Origin: an uncultured delta proteobacterium
Lineage (GTDB): Bacteria > Desulfobacterota > Binatia > Binatales > Binataceae
Assembly: GCA_963842085.1 (NCBI GenBank)
Contig: CAWJET010000001.1
Span: 3,104,001-3,168,000 of the forward strand
Reading direction: 5' to 3'
DNA: 64,000 nt
Positions 11,186-20,323 of the stretch are shown here, piece by piece. Below the pieces are notes generated by a model. It worked only from the letters and a program-made list of their open reading frames with translations. It was not told where the DNA came from and made no database searches. Position 1 is the stretch's first letter. Every line of letters starts with the position of its first letter. The position numbers and the translations under genes were made by a program.

Positions 11186-11956
11186 CTACCAGATTGCCGG
11201 GACCAATGCGTCCGTCTCGCGCACGTAGGCGTCGTACTCTTCGCCAAAGCGCGCGCGCATCGCGGCCTCTTCGGACTTCATTCGTCGATTCGCGAAAATT
11301 GCTCCGACGATTAGCGTCAGGATCGCGGTGACAGGCGCCCCGTAAATCAGCGGCCATCCGAACGTGACCAAAAAGGTTCCCGCATAAATCGGATGCCTGA
11401 TGTGCCGATAGAAGCCGCGCTTGACGAGGACCGGACGCTCTCCAGTCCGGCCCGAAGTGAAAAATCCGAGCTGAATGCGTGCGCCAAGCGCCAGCCACAT
11501 CCCTAGCAGCTCAAGTAACAGTCCGAGCGCCTTGACGAACGCCGGCGCCGCGCCGCCGTAAACATAGGTGCGTTCGAACGGCGCGGCCGCAAACGTCACG
11601 AGCAGCGGCAGCTGCGCGGCGATCCGCCGGCTGAGCTCCTCGCGCGGCGGACTGTCCTCGGCATCTTCGCGCACAATCAAATCGGCAAAGCGAAAGCCCG
11701 CATAGGCAGCCAGGTAGGCGAGCACATACTGATGCTCGCCGAAGTAGTCGGTGATTCCGAGTCCCAGCGCGATCGCCCCGACCACGGCGAGCAGGAAGAT
11801 CGCGGTCTCTGCAAAGCGCAGCGACAGACGGCGGATGAAATGCGGATGCTCGCCGGGCGCGGCGGCGTCGGCGGCGAGCATCGCCGTTGCCGGCTTCAAT
11901 CCTCCGGTCGCTTTGGTGTCGGATTGGGGCGCGTCCTGGTTGATTTCGCTGGCCAT
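11186..11956 (-). CDS. Isoprenylcysteine carboxyl methyltransferase (ICMT/PEMT) family membrane protein
   Basis: GFYRHIRHPIYAG and EEAAMRARFGEEYDAY motifs. Confidence 0.85.
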   Translation of the reverse strand: MASEINQDAPQSDTKATGGLKPATAMLAADAAAPGEHPHFIRRLSLRFAETAIFLLAVVGAIALGLGITDYFGEHQYVLAYLAAYAGFRFADLIVREDAEDSPPREELSRRIAAQLPLLVTFAAAPFERTYVYGGAAPAFVKALGLLLELLGMWLALGARIQLGFFTSGRTGERPVLVKRGFYRHIRHPIYAGTFLVTFGWPLIYGAPVTAILTLIVGAIFANRRMKSEEAAMRARFGEEYDAYVRETDALVPAIW

Positions 11957-12101
11957 CTTTCCACTTTTGCAGATGCGTTGAGGTTGATCAAAGAGCGCCG
12001 GGCGACCATCGATCCGCAGCATAATAGCTGCGGGCGGCTGATTGCATTGATTCGCGAAACAAGAAATTTACCGCGAAAATAGAAAACTGATTCATTTGAT
12101 G

Positions 12102-12134
12102 TCGCATTCTGCGAGTTTAACTAACTTATTGATT
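12102..12134. promoter_or_regulatory. Putative enhancer (UAS) palindrome plus IHF site
   Basis: tcgca-ttc-tgcga palindrome at 12102-12114; 12122-12134 on the minus strand reads aatcaataagtta, matching WATCAANNNNTTR; AT-rich intergenic context. Confidence 0.6.
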
Positions 12135-12216
12135 TTATTCGTATTTCCTTGATTGATGATCAATATAGGGGCATCGCTTGCCGAAGAAGTTGTTGTTAAA
12201 TCGAGAGTTTTAGTGA

Positions 12217-12232
12217 TGGCATGCGGCTTGCT
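12217..12232 (+). promoter_or_regulatory. Sigma54 (-24/-12) promoter
   Basis: TGGCATGCGGCTTGCT matches TGGCACG-N4-TTGCW with exact spacing, 38 bp before the ATG at 12270. Confidence 0.8.
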
Positions 12233-12269
12233 GTACTCCTGTAAGTCATTCAACACGGAGGACCTCAAA

Positions 12270-12446
12270 ATGAACGCTACAACCAACCAAGTAAGACTCG
12301 CGGCAATCGCCAATACCAACGAAGCGGCGGAAGCCACCGCAGGAACCCGGCTCGCGCAGAACAGCCTGCTCAGCGAACTGCCCGGCGTCGTGTTCGGCTT
12401 GATCACGCTCGGATACATCGTCAGCTCGCTGCTGGCGTTGGCCTGA
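12270..12446 (+). CDS. Small single-TM hypothetical protein (58 aa), paralog A
   Basis: SD ggagg; MNATTNQVRLAAIANTNEAAEATAGTRLAQNSLLSELPGVVFGLITLGYIVSSLLALA. Confidence 0.8.
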   Translation: MNATTNQVRLAAIANTNEAAEATAGTRLAQNSLLSELPGVVFGLITLGYIVSSLLALA

Positions 12447-12480
12447 AATCGTCCGAAGAACATTACGGGAGGAAGTTGAA

Positions 12481-12660
12481 ATGAACGCAACCACTACTCA
12501 GCCCAGGCTCGCAGGACTCGCTTCGATCAATCACGCGGCGGAAGTCACCGACGCGACGCGGCTCGCGCAGTACAACATGCTGAACGAAATCCCGGGCGCG
12601 CTTTTCGGCTTGATCACCGTCGCCTACATCGTCGGCTCGCTGCTCGCGCTCGCGCATTAA
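12481..12660 (+). CDS. Small single-TM hypothetical protein (59 aa), paralog B
   Basis: SD ggagga; MNATTTQPRLAGLASINHAAEVTDATRLAQYNMLNEIPGALFGLITVAYIVGSLLALAH; missing from the ORF track. Confidence 0.8.
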   Translation: MNATTTQPRLAGLASINHAAEVTDATRLAQYNMLNEIPGALFGLITVAYIVGSLLALAH

Positions 12661-13286
12661 GTCATGTCATCGCGCGCGGCCAACATCGCAAACGTGACCG
12701 GGTGCGCGAGTACCCGAGCGGCGCGACCCGATGCGGCGCGCGCGGAGATGTGTGACGCGGTGACAGGCTCATCGACTGCCGCCGCCCGCGCTACCATGGT
12801 GAGAGACACCCAGATGACTGCGGCTGCCAGCACGATCGTGAACCACGCCATCGCGCGGATTCGCCGCAGCATCGAGTTGAGCTGTTCGACGGTGAACGGC
12901 TCGCCGTCGCCGTGTGCGGCCACCTCTTCCTGGCGGCCGATTCTGAACGCCAGCCCGAACGTAATGTAGGTCTGGATGAAGATGAGAACGAAGGCCAGCG
13001 CCAGTTTCAGTTCGAGTGCGGAACCGATCCGCGCGAAGTAGTCGAACTTCATCGACGCCTTCAGGTCCGTCAGGCGCATCGCGCCGCTAATCACAATAAT
13101 TCCCAGCACGCCGATCGTGAACGGGTTGTAGAACTTGAAACCCGCGATCAGGCTCGCGCGCCGCGCGGCCTCGTTGGGGGCGGTCTCGGCGGCCGGGATC
13201 AGCATAAATATGACCGCGAACTGCGCGCCGACGTATGACGCCATCGCGCACAGATGCAGCCACATCAGGAATTCGCCGCCGCTCAT
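12657..13286 (-). CDS. CopD/DUF2269-like membrane protein
   Basis: WLHL N-terminus, four TM segments, LELKLAL. Confidence 0.6.
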   Translation of the reverse strand: MSGGEFLMWLHLCAMASYVGAQFAVIFMLIPAAETAPNEAARRASLIAGFKFYNPFTIGVLGIIVISGAMRLTDLKASMKFDYFARIGSALELKLALAFVLIFIQTYITFGLAFRIGRQEEVAAHGDGEPFTVEQLNSMLRRIRAMAWFTIVLAAAVIWVSLTMVARAAAVDEPVTASHISARAASGRAARVLAHPVTFAMLAARDDMT

Positions 13287-13453
13287 CGCGGCAACTCAGC
13301 AGCGTGTTTAAAGACGACTAACGACAACTGCACTCCGAATTCCATTCCAACAACCGTAATTCTGCAGCCCACTGGATAGCTGTCATGAAGAAAGCGACAA
13401 CGGAGCGGGCACGTGCAGAAACCAAGAGTATTGGGTGCAGGGGTCACCCCTGC

Positions 13454-14812
13454 TCAAACGACCGGGTCGAAATCCAGCGCGCCGGTGCGCGCGAGGCGCG
13501 AGTACCAGTGGCCGCTTTCCTTGACGATTCTCTGCTGCGTGCTGAAGTCGCAATACACGATTCCGAAGCGCTGCTGAAAGCCCTCGGCCCATTCGAAGTT
13601 GTCGGTAAAGGTCCACAGAAAATAACCGCGCACGTCGGCGCCCGCCTTCATCGCGTGCCCGACCTCGGCGATGTAACGGCGGATGAAGCTGACGCGGCGC
13701 TGGTCGTTGACCTTGCCGTCGGCGCCCGGGCCGTCGCCATATGAGCATCCGTTCTCGGTCACGTAGATCGGGACACCGGGGTAGTCTTTCGTGACGCGCA
13801 GGATCATTTCGGACAGCGCCTGCGGACTCACTGCCCAGCCGAAGTCCGTGACTTCTTCGCCCCGGGGCCTGACCTGCTTCACGCCCATGTAGCGATCGTG
13901 CGAATCGTGAGCGACCACCGCACGCGTATAGAGGTTGATCCCGATGAAGTCGAGCGGAGCCTTGATCAGGTCCATGTCGCCGGCGCGAATCTCGACGTGA
14001 TCCTCGACCGATCCGTGCAGGTAGGCCTGGGGATACTTGCCGCGCATGACGGTATCCAGAAACCACATATTATAAAACCGATGCCATCGCTCGGCCGCCG
14101 TGCGATCCTCGAGCGAGCCGGTTTCCGGATGCACCGGCGACATGCTGAAGGCAGTGCCGACCGCCTCGGGATGGTTCTTCGATTCGCGGATCGCCCGGAC
14201 GGCCATGCCCTGCGCGAGATTGACAGTGTGCGTCGCCTTGAGCGCATTGTCTGTTTCGTGGCGTCCCGGCGCGTGCATGCCGATCGCGTAGCCGAGCATC
14301 GTGAAGATCCACGGCTCGTTGAATACCATCCAATGCTTCACGCGATCGCCTAGCGCGTCCGCGACGGTGACGGCGTAGTCGCAAAAATATTCGGCCAGGT
14401 CGCGATTCGGCCATCCGCCGGCGTCCTCGAGCGCCTGCGGCAGATCCCAATGATAGAGCGTGACCCACGGCTGGATGTTGCGCTCGAGCATTTGGTCCAC
14501 CACGCGGCGGTAGAAGTCGAGGCCCTTCTGATTCACCGGGCCCTTGCCGGTGGGCATGATGCGCGGCCATGCGATCGAGATGCGCGCGGCGTTGAGGCCG
14601 AGCTGCTCCATCAGCGCGATGTCGTCCGCGTACCGATGGTAGAAATCGCACGCCAAGTCGCCGGTGTCGCCGTGCTTAATCTTGCCGGGTGTGTGCGCGA
14701 AGCGATCCCAGATGGACTCGCCCTTGCCGTCTTCGTTGCAGCCGCCCTCGATTTGGTACGACGCGCTGGCGGTGCCCCACAGAAAATCTTTTGGGAAAGA
14801 TGTTGGCGCCAT
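13454..14812 (-). CDS. GH1 family beta-glucosidase
   Basis: FLWGTASASYQIEG, FNEP acid/base, VTENG nucleophile, DNFEWAEG. Confidence 0.96.
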   Translation of the reverse strand: MAPTSFPKDFLWGTASASYQIEGGCNEDGKGESIWDRFAHTPGKIKHGDTGDLACDFYHRYADDIALMEQLGLNAARISIAWPRIMPTGKGPVNQKGLDFYRRVVDQMLERNIQPWVTLYHWDLPQALEDAGGWPNRDLAEYFCDYAVTVADALGDRVKHWMVFNEPWIFTMLGYAIGMHAPGRHETDNALKATHTVNLAQGMAVRAIRESKNHPEAVGTAFSMSPVHPETGSLEDRTAAERWHRFYNMWFLDTVMRGKYPQAYLHGSVEDHVEIRAGDMDLIKAPLDFIGINLYTRAVVAHDSHDRYMGVKQVRPRGEEVTDFGWAVSPQALSEMILRVTKDYPGVPIYVTENGCSYGDGPGADGKVNDQRRVSFIRRYIAEVGHAMKAGADVRGYFLWTFTDNFEWAEGFQQRFGIVYCDFSTQQRIVKESGHWYSRLARTGALDFDPVV

Positions 14813-14909
14813 AGGCCGCTTTGTTATCACAGGGGTCGCCGCTTGGCGACCCCGCCCTGCTCACTGTCGCGCTGGAACGTACACAAAAAAAGGGAGATGC
14901 GGACCCCTA

Positions 14910-15203
14910 CGTCATCCTGACGATGCGAGCATCGCGAGCTTTTGTGCGGCGCGATTGCCTGGTGCGCCGCACTCCCTCCGTCATCCTGACGATGCGAGCA
15001 TCGCGAGCTGAGGAAGGGATCTCGGACAGCTTCGCGCGCCGCGAAACCGGTACCGGTTCCTAGTCGGCCGCAGGCCCACAACTTCTCTCCCCCTCTCCCT
15101 GTCAGGGAGCCCTTGCATAATTGCGCGCCGCCTCATTCCCCTCTCCCTGACCGGGCGAGGGGAAGATCGGAACCGGGATTCTTCGCTTCGCTCTGAATGA
15201 CAC
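14910..15203. repeat. Cluster of REP-like elements: duplicated 31-bp GTCATCCTGAC unit, one long copy, two CCCTCTCCCT hairpins and an inverted GTCATTCAGAGCGAAGCGAAGAATC unit
   Basis: 14910-14940 identical to 14979-15009; 14980-15060 aligns with copies at 17209, 36312 and 41443. Confidence 0.85.
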
Positions 15204-15257
15204 GAAGACCAGAAATCGCAGAATAATCTTGAATCGTGCGCGCAGGAAATCGCGACC

Positions 15258-15590
15258 TTATGTGGCCATCAGCTTTCTGACCGCTGCTGCCACCGCTCGT
15301 TGCTCGGCCGCCGTGAGGACTCCTGCCTTGTGCACTATCAGGCGGTTGTCCAGGGTGAACAGTTTCAGTCTAACCTTCGACGCCGCGCGGAGTCCCGCCT
15401 TTGCGGAATCGATAGCCACGTCCATCGGCCACGGCGGATTTGCCGCGCTCGTGATCATCGCCAGCAGCGTGTGGCCGTTCTCGTGACTGAAGCTTTCCGA
15501 TGAGAGAGCGAGCGCCGGGCGTCGCTTGACGGTGCGACTGTTTGTGAACGGAAACGGCACGACGACGACGTCGTTTCGCCTACAGATCAC
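15258..15590 (-). CDS. PemK/MazF family toxin
   Basis: DVVVVPFPFT...KRRPAL...LAMITS. Confidence 0.92.
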   Translation of the reverse strand: MICRRNDVVVVPFPFTNSRTVKRRPALALSSESFSHENGHTLLAMITSAANPPWPMDVAIDSAKAGLRAASKVRLKLFTLDNRLIVHKAGVLTAAEQRAVAAAVRKLMAT

Positions 15591-15846
15591 CGTAAGCCTT
15601 TTCGTCGTTGTCCGAATTCCATTCCGAGAGAGTCTTCTCCAGCGCCGAAAGGAACTCGAGGTCCAGAGGCTCGGCCTTGCGGAGGCGTACCGTTCCGGCT
15701 TGCGACTCCTCGAATACCAGCGTGTCCCCGGGTTCCAGATTCAGCTTTTTACGAACCGGCAGCGGCACGGTAGCTTGGCCCTTGCTGGTCAGTCTGCTGC
15801 TTGCGATTGCGCGAACTGCAGAACGTTTGGAAGCCGTCATTGCCAA
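15580..15846 (-). CDS. AbrB/MazE/PrlF-type antitoxin
   Basis: SRLTSKGQATVPLPVRKKLNLEPGD; acidic tail EWNSDNDEKAY; overlaps the toxin start. Confidence 0.92.
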   Translation of the reverse strand: MAMTASKRSAVRAIASSRLTSKGQATVPLPVRKKLNLEPGDTLVFEESQAGTVRLRKAEPLDLEFLSALEKTLSEWNSDNDEKAYGDL

Positions 15847-15971
15847 TTGCCTCGGTATTACCTCCTTAGCATATTACTGGTCGATGGTTGATTGCAATTG
15901 TCCATGTGCGGCGCAACGGACAACAGGGTGCACGGCGTGAGCGGAGCCGAAGGGATCCTCCTTGACAACCG

Positions 15972-16937
15972 CTACTCGCCCTTTGCTTCGAGCCAGCGCT
16001 CGGCGTCGATTGCGGCCATGCATCCGGTGCCGGCGGCGGTGACTGCCTGACGATAGACGCTGTCGGCGACGTCGCCGGCGGCGAACACGCCTTCGACGTT
16101 GGTATAGGTCGAGCCCGGCTTCACCTTCAGGTAGCCGAGCTGGTCCATCTCGAGCTGGCCCGTGAATAGCGCGGTGTTCGGTTGATGACCGATCGCGACG
16201 AACACGGCGTCGGTCTTCATATTGGAGACGTTGCCGGTCTTGAGATTTTTCAGCTTGACGGCGCTGACGCCGCCTTTCTGCTCGCCGATGATTTCCTCGA
16301 CTGCGGAATCCCAGACGAATGCGATCTTCGGATTCTTGCGCGCGCGATCCTGCATGATCTTCGACGCGCGCAGCGCGTCGCGGCGATGCACGACGGTGGC
16401 CCTGGTGACGAACCTGGTCAGGAAGTTCGCTTCCTCCATCGCAGTGTCGCCGCCGCCGACCACGATCGTTTCCTTGTCCTTGAAGAAAGCGCCGTCGCAG
16501 GTGGCGCATGCACTCACGCCGTAACCCATCAGGCGTTTCTCCGATTCGATGCCGAGCAGCTTGGCCGACGCGCCGGTCGCAATGATCACGGCGTCGGCCT
16601 TGATCAGTTTGCCGTCGGCGACCAGCTCAAACGGACGCTTGCCGAAGCGCACCTCCGTAACTGCGCCGCTCAGGAAGCGGGTGCCGAAGCGCGTCACCTG
16701 GCGCCGGAACACGTCCATCATCTCGGGGCCCTGGATGCCATGCTCGAAGCCGGGATAATTCTCGACTTCAGTGGTGATAGTGAGTTGGCCGCCGGGTTCA
16801 TTTCCTTCGATCAGCAGCGGACTCAGATTGGCGCGGGCCGTATAGAGTGCCGCGGTCAGTCCGGCAGGGCCGGAGCCGAGGATTACGACCTTGTTGATTT
16901 GCAGGGCCGGCCCTGCACCCAGTGATTCTGTAGTCAT
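15972..16937 (-). CDS. trxB: Thioredoxin-disulfide reductase
   Basis: GSGPAG, CATCDG, GGGDTAMEE, AAGDV...YRQAVTAAG. Confidence 0.97.
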   Translation of the reverse strand: MTTESLGAGPALQINKVVILGSGPAGLTAALYTARANLSPLLIEGNEPGGQLTITTEVENYPGFEHGIQGPEMMDVFRRQVTRFGTRFLSGAVTEVRFGKRPFELVADGKLIKADAVIIATGASAKLLGIESEKRLMGYGVSACATCDGAFFKDKETIVVGGGDTAMEEANFLTRFVTRATVVHRRDALRASKIMQDRARKNPKIAFVWDSAVEEIIGEQKGGVSAVKLKNLKTGNVSNMKTDAVFVAIGHQPNTALFTGQLEMDQLGYLKVKPGSTYTNVEGVFAAGDVADSVYRQAVTAAGTGCMAAIDAERWLEAKGE

Positions 16938-17208
16938 GCTCTGGCGTGGCGCTCCTTCGTCGCGCTACGAACCTTTTTCAACAGGATAGTCACGGACCAG
17001 GGGAGATTTCGGACGGCCGCCAAGAGTTGCAGAATGCGGGTTATGGAAATGTCTCCTCTGAACCATGTTCGGCAGAACCGAGAATCAAGAGTTTATTGTA
17101 TCTGCGCGGGCGGTCAACATAAGGCAGGGCCGGCGACTCCGCTCAGAGTTTGTGAGTTTTTCTGATATTCACAAACTACGACGTTCTCCGCGATTGTTCG
17201 CAAGGACT

Positions 17209-17301
17209 GCTTCGCGATTTCAAAACCGGTACCGGCTTCGCTGGCGCGAAGCTCTCCGAGGTCCCTCCTCCCGTCGCTAACGCTTCCGTCGTCGGCATGA
17301 C
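17209..17301 (-). repeat. Diverged copy of the ~95-bp REP-like element
   Basis: Reverse complement gtcatgccgacgacgg...gagggacctcggagagcttcgcgccagcgaagccggtaccggttttgaaatcgcgaagc. Confidence 0.8.
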
Positions 17302-17344
17302 CAACTGTGGCGCGTTGCTGGTTTCATGCTAGAGCATTCCTTTG

Positions 17345-17875
17345 ATGGCGGGCAAAACAAAATCGCGAGCGCCGCGCGCGCGCCTGACGCATCTTGATGA
17401 TCGGGGGCGAATCCGGATGGTCGATGTCGGCGCGAAGCCGGTCACGCGGCGCGAGGCGATCGCGCGCGGCGAGGTCCGGATGGCACCGGCGACATTGCGG
17501 GCGATCGTCGTCGGTAAGCTCAAAAAAGGCGAGGCGCTGGCAGCGGCTCGCCTGGCGGGAATCATGGCGGCGAAACGCACGCATGAGATGATTCCGCTCT
17601 GCCATCAGATCCCGCTCGAAGTCGTCGAAATTGATTTCACGCCGGATCCAGAGAGCTTCTCGATCCAAATCCAGGCTCGCGCCGTGACCGACGCGCGCAC
17701 CGGCGTCGAGATGGAAGCGATGGTCGCGGTGAGTGCGGCAGCGCTGACGATTTACGATATGGCCAAGGCAATCGATCGCGCGATGGAGATCGGGGCGATT
17801 CGACTGGTGGCGAAACGCGGCGGCCGCAGCGGCACTTTCGCCCGCGCCGGCAAGCCGCCATGGCCCTCTCCTTGA
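17345..17875 (+). CDS. moaC: Cyclic pyranopterin monophosphate synthase
   Basis: LTHLD...MVDV, LAGIMAAK, IPLCH, TGVEMEA, TIYDMAK. Confidence 0.96.
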   Translation: MAGKTKSRAPRARLTHLDDRGRIRMVDVGAKPVTRREAIARGEVRMAPATLRAIVVGKLKKGEALAAARLAGIMAAKRTHEMIPLCHQIPLEVVEIDFTPDPESFSIQIQARAVTDARTGVEMEAMVAVSAAALTIYDMAKAIDRAMEIGAIRLVAKRGGRSGTFARAGKPPWPSP

Positions 17876-19059
17876 ACGCGCCCGAGCTTGCGCGCGTAAT
17901 CCTCAAGCGCGGCAGGGAAGGACCGGTTCGCGGCGGCAATCCGTGGATCTTCTCGCAAGCAATCGAGCGGATTGAACCGCCATCGCCTGAAGCCGGCGCG
18001 CTAGTCACGGTGCATGATGCTTCGGGCGCGCTCCTTGGCATGGGCTACTGCAACCCTGCGACTACGATCGCAATCCGGATGCTTGCATGGGGAGAGGCGC
18101 CCGCAATCGAGGAGTTGGTCGCGCGCCGACTGAAGAGCGCGCTCGAACTGCGCAGGCGGTTCATCGGCGACGATACGAATGCGTACCGCCTCGTCAACGG
18201 CGACGGCGACGGGCTGTCGGGCGTGGTGGTCGATCGGTTCGGCGACGTGCTCGTGGTGCAAATCCTGACCGCGGGCGCCGAGCGGATGCGCGCGACAATC
18301 GTTGCCGCGCTGAACGAGCTGCTTCATCCGCGCTCGATCCTCGAGCGCAGCCACGGCGCAGTGAGAAAGCAGGAAGGGCTTGACGACCGCACTGCGGTTC
18401 TCGCCGGCGAAGTGCTGACGGGGACGATTGCGGTCGAGCGCGGAATCAAGATCAAGCTTGATTTCGAGCACGGACAGAAGACCGGCCATTTTCTGGATCA
18501 ACGCGACAACCGCGCGATGGCCGGCGCGATCGCGTCGGGCGCGCGGGTGCTCGACGCTTTCTGCTACCAGGGCGGATTCTCGCTCGCTGCGCTGGCGGGC
18601 GGCGCCGGCAAGGTCGTCGCGGTCGACACGTCGGCGCGGGCGCTCGAGGTGGCGCGGCAAAATCTCGAACTGAACGAGTATGCCGCGGGCGCCGTCGAGT
18701 TCGTTCACGGCGAAGCCGGCAAGTTGATGTCCGAGACGGCGAATCGCTTCGACCTGATTGTCCTCGACCCGCCGCCGCTGGCGCGCAGCCGTGGGGACGC
18801 GGAGCGCGCGGGACGCCTTTACGTCGAACTCAACTCGGTTGCGATGCGGGCGCTGGCGCCGGGGGGACGGCTGATGACGTTTTCGTGCTCGACGCATTTC
18901 CGCGCCGACGATTTCATCCGCGCCGTGCGATTCGCCGCGTCCAACGCCGGCCGCAATTTCCGGTTGATTGCGCATCTCGGCCCCGGCCCGGACCATCCGG
19001 TGCTGCTCGGTCACGGCGAGGGCGAATACCTGACGGGACTGTTGCTGGCGGAGCTGTAG
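17860..19059 (+). CDS. RlmI-like SAM-dependent rRNA methyltransferase (PUA + MTase)
   Basis: NPWIF, DGDGLSG, GQKTGHFLDQRDNR, LDAFCYQGGFS, LDPP, FSCS. Confidence 0.9.
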   Translation: MALSLNAPELARVILKRGREGPVRGGNPWIFSQAIERIEPPSPEAGALVTVHDASGALLGMGYCNPATTIAIRMLAWGEAPAIEELVARRLKSALELRRRFIGDDTNAYRLVNGDGDGLSGVVVDRFGDVLVVQILTAGAERMRATIVAALNELLHPRSILERSHGAVRKQEGLDDRTAVLAGEVLTGTIAVERGIKIKLDFEHGQKTGHFLDQRDNRAMAGAIASGARVLDAFCYQGGFSLAALAGGAGKVVAVDTSARALEVARQNLELNEYAAGAVEFVHGEAGKLMSETANRFDLIVLDPPPLARSRGDAERAGRLYVELNSVAMRALAPGGRLMTFSCSTHFRADDFIRAVRFAASNAGRNFRLIAHLGPGPDHPVLLGHGEGEYLTGLLLAEL

Positions 19060-19149
19060 TTTTCGGGCCGATTTTCGCGCGCAAAATATGGCTTGCCAAG
19101 CTTGCGGGATTGCTTGAGTATAGAGCAAATTTTTAATGGGATCGGCCGA

Positions 19150-20286
19150 ATGGAGCGAAACCGCCGCGCATACAGCCTAAGCAAGACGCTTTTTGTTCTG
19201 ATCGCGCTCGCGACCTCCGCCTGTCATCGCGAAGTTGCACTGCCGCCGTTGCCGCTTCGCAATATCACGCTGACCGACAAGTTTTTCGATGTATGGCCGA
19301 CCAGCCCGACGCGTGCCTTTATCGTCGGCGATCGGGGCAAGGTGCTACTGACCGAGGACGGCGGCCGCCACTTCAAGCGGATAAACATCGGCACCAACCT
19401 CGGCATCTTCGGAATCCAGATGGCTGACGAGCAGAACGGCTATCTGTGCGGGCAGGACGGGCTCGTAATGAAAACGCGCGACGGCGGCAAGACGTGGGAG
19501 CGTCTCAACTCGCGGACGCACCTGTTCATTTTCGCGCTGTCGTTTCCCGACGCGAATCACGGCTTCCTGGTTGGCGATCGCGCGCTGATGCTGAGCACGA
19601 CCAACGGCGGCGAGAGTTTCATCAAGCGCCAGTTGCAGCGGCTGTTTCCGCCGGACCTGGCCGACTACGCGCTGCCGTACGAGGAGCCGGTGCTTTACAG
19701 TGCGAGCTTCCTCGACGTCGATCACGGCTGGGTAGTCGGCGAGCTGGGGCGAATCTGGGCGACTGAAAATGGCGGCAAGAGCTGGCAGGAGCAGCAGCAA
19801 TCGCTGGTGCCGCAGTGGAAACGTCCGCTGGGACCCAACGACGATCCGCGCTTCGCGGATTTTCTGCTGCCGACTTTTTTCGGTGTCTCGTTCCGCGATC
19901 TAAAGCATGGTGCGGCGTGCGGACTCGAGGGCTGGGTGATTGAGACCGACGACGGCGGCCAGACCTGGCGCTTTGTCCATCAGGCCGACAAGCCGGGCGC
20001 CGCGCCTGACACGCTGGTCCCGGGAGCGATCCAGATTCCGGCGCGCGATCCGCTGTTCTCGATCGATTTGTTCGGCGGCGACCAGGGAATCACCACCGGA
20101 CTGACGGGCACGGTGCTGCGTCTTCAGCCCAACGGCGCGTGGGCGCACGATCCGTCCGTGCCCGCGGTGCCGTTCCCGCTGAGCCAGGCGCGGTTCTTCG
20201 ACGCGCAGCACGGATGGATCGTCGGCTACGGCACCATTCTCTACACCGAGGACGGCGGCAAGACCTGGCGCTTCTGTCAGGGTTGA
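19150..20286 (+). CDS. YCF48/BNR-like beta-propeller lipoprotein
   Basis: Repeated TxDGGxTW motifs; lipobox-like LATSAC. Confidence 0.85.
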   Translation: MERNRRAYSLSKTLFVLIALATSACHREVALPPLPLRNITLTDKFFDVWPTSPTRAFIVGDRGKVLLTEDGGRHFKRINIGTNLGIFGIQMADEQNGYLCGQDGLVMKTRDGGKTWERLNSRTHLFIFALSFPDANHGFLVGDRALMLSTTNGGESFIKRQLQRLFPPDLADYALPYEEPVLYSASFLDVDHGWVVGELGRIWATENGGKSWQEQQQSLVPQWKRPLGPNDDPRFADFLLPTFFGVSFRDLKHGAACGLEGWVIETDDGGQTWRFVHQADKPGAAPDTLVPGAIQIPARDPLFSIDLFGGDQGITTGLTGTVLRLQPNGAWAHDPSVPAVPFPLSQARFFDAQHGWIVGYGTILYTEDGGKTWRFCQG

Positions 20287-20323
20287 GCGCGAACGCGCGA
20301 GCACGGGGACTTCGGAGAACGCG

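Noticed and set aside
14910-15009. Two identical 31-bp repeats with a 38-bp spacer, resembling a mini-CRISPR
   Set aside because: There are only two units, the spacer is itself a hairpin, the repeat is the 5' part of the dispersed REP-like element, and there are no cas genes.
17147-17177. agtttgtga-N13-tcacaaact inverted repeat between trxB and moaC
   Set aside because: The spacing does not fit CRP/FNR and it is a single instance, so it cannot be assigned.
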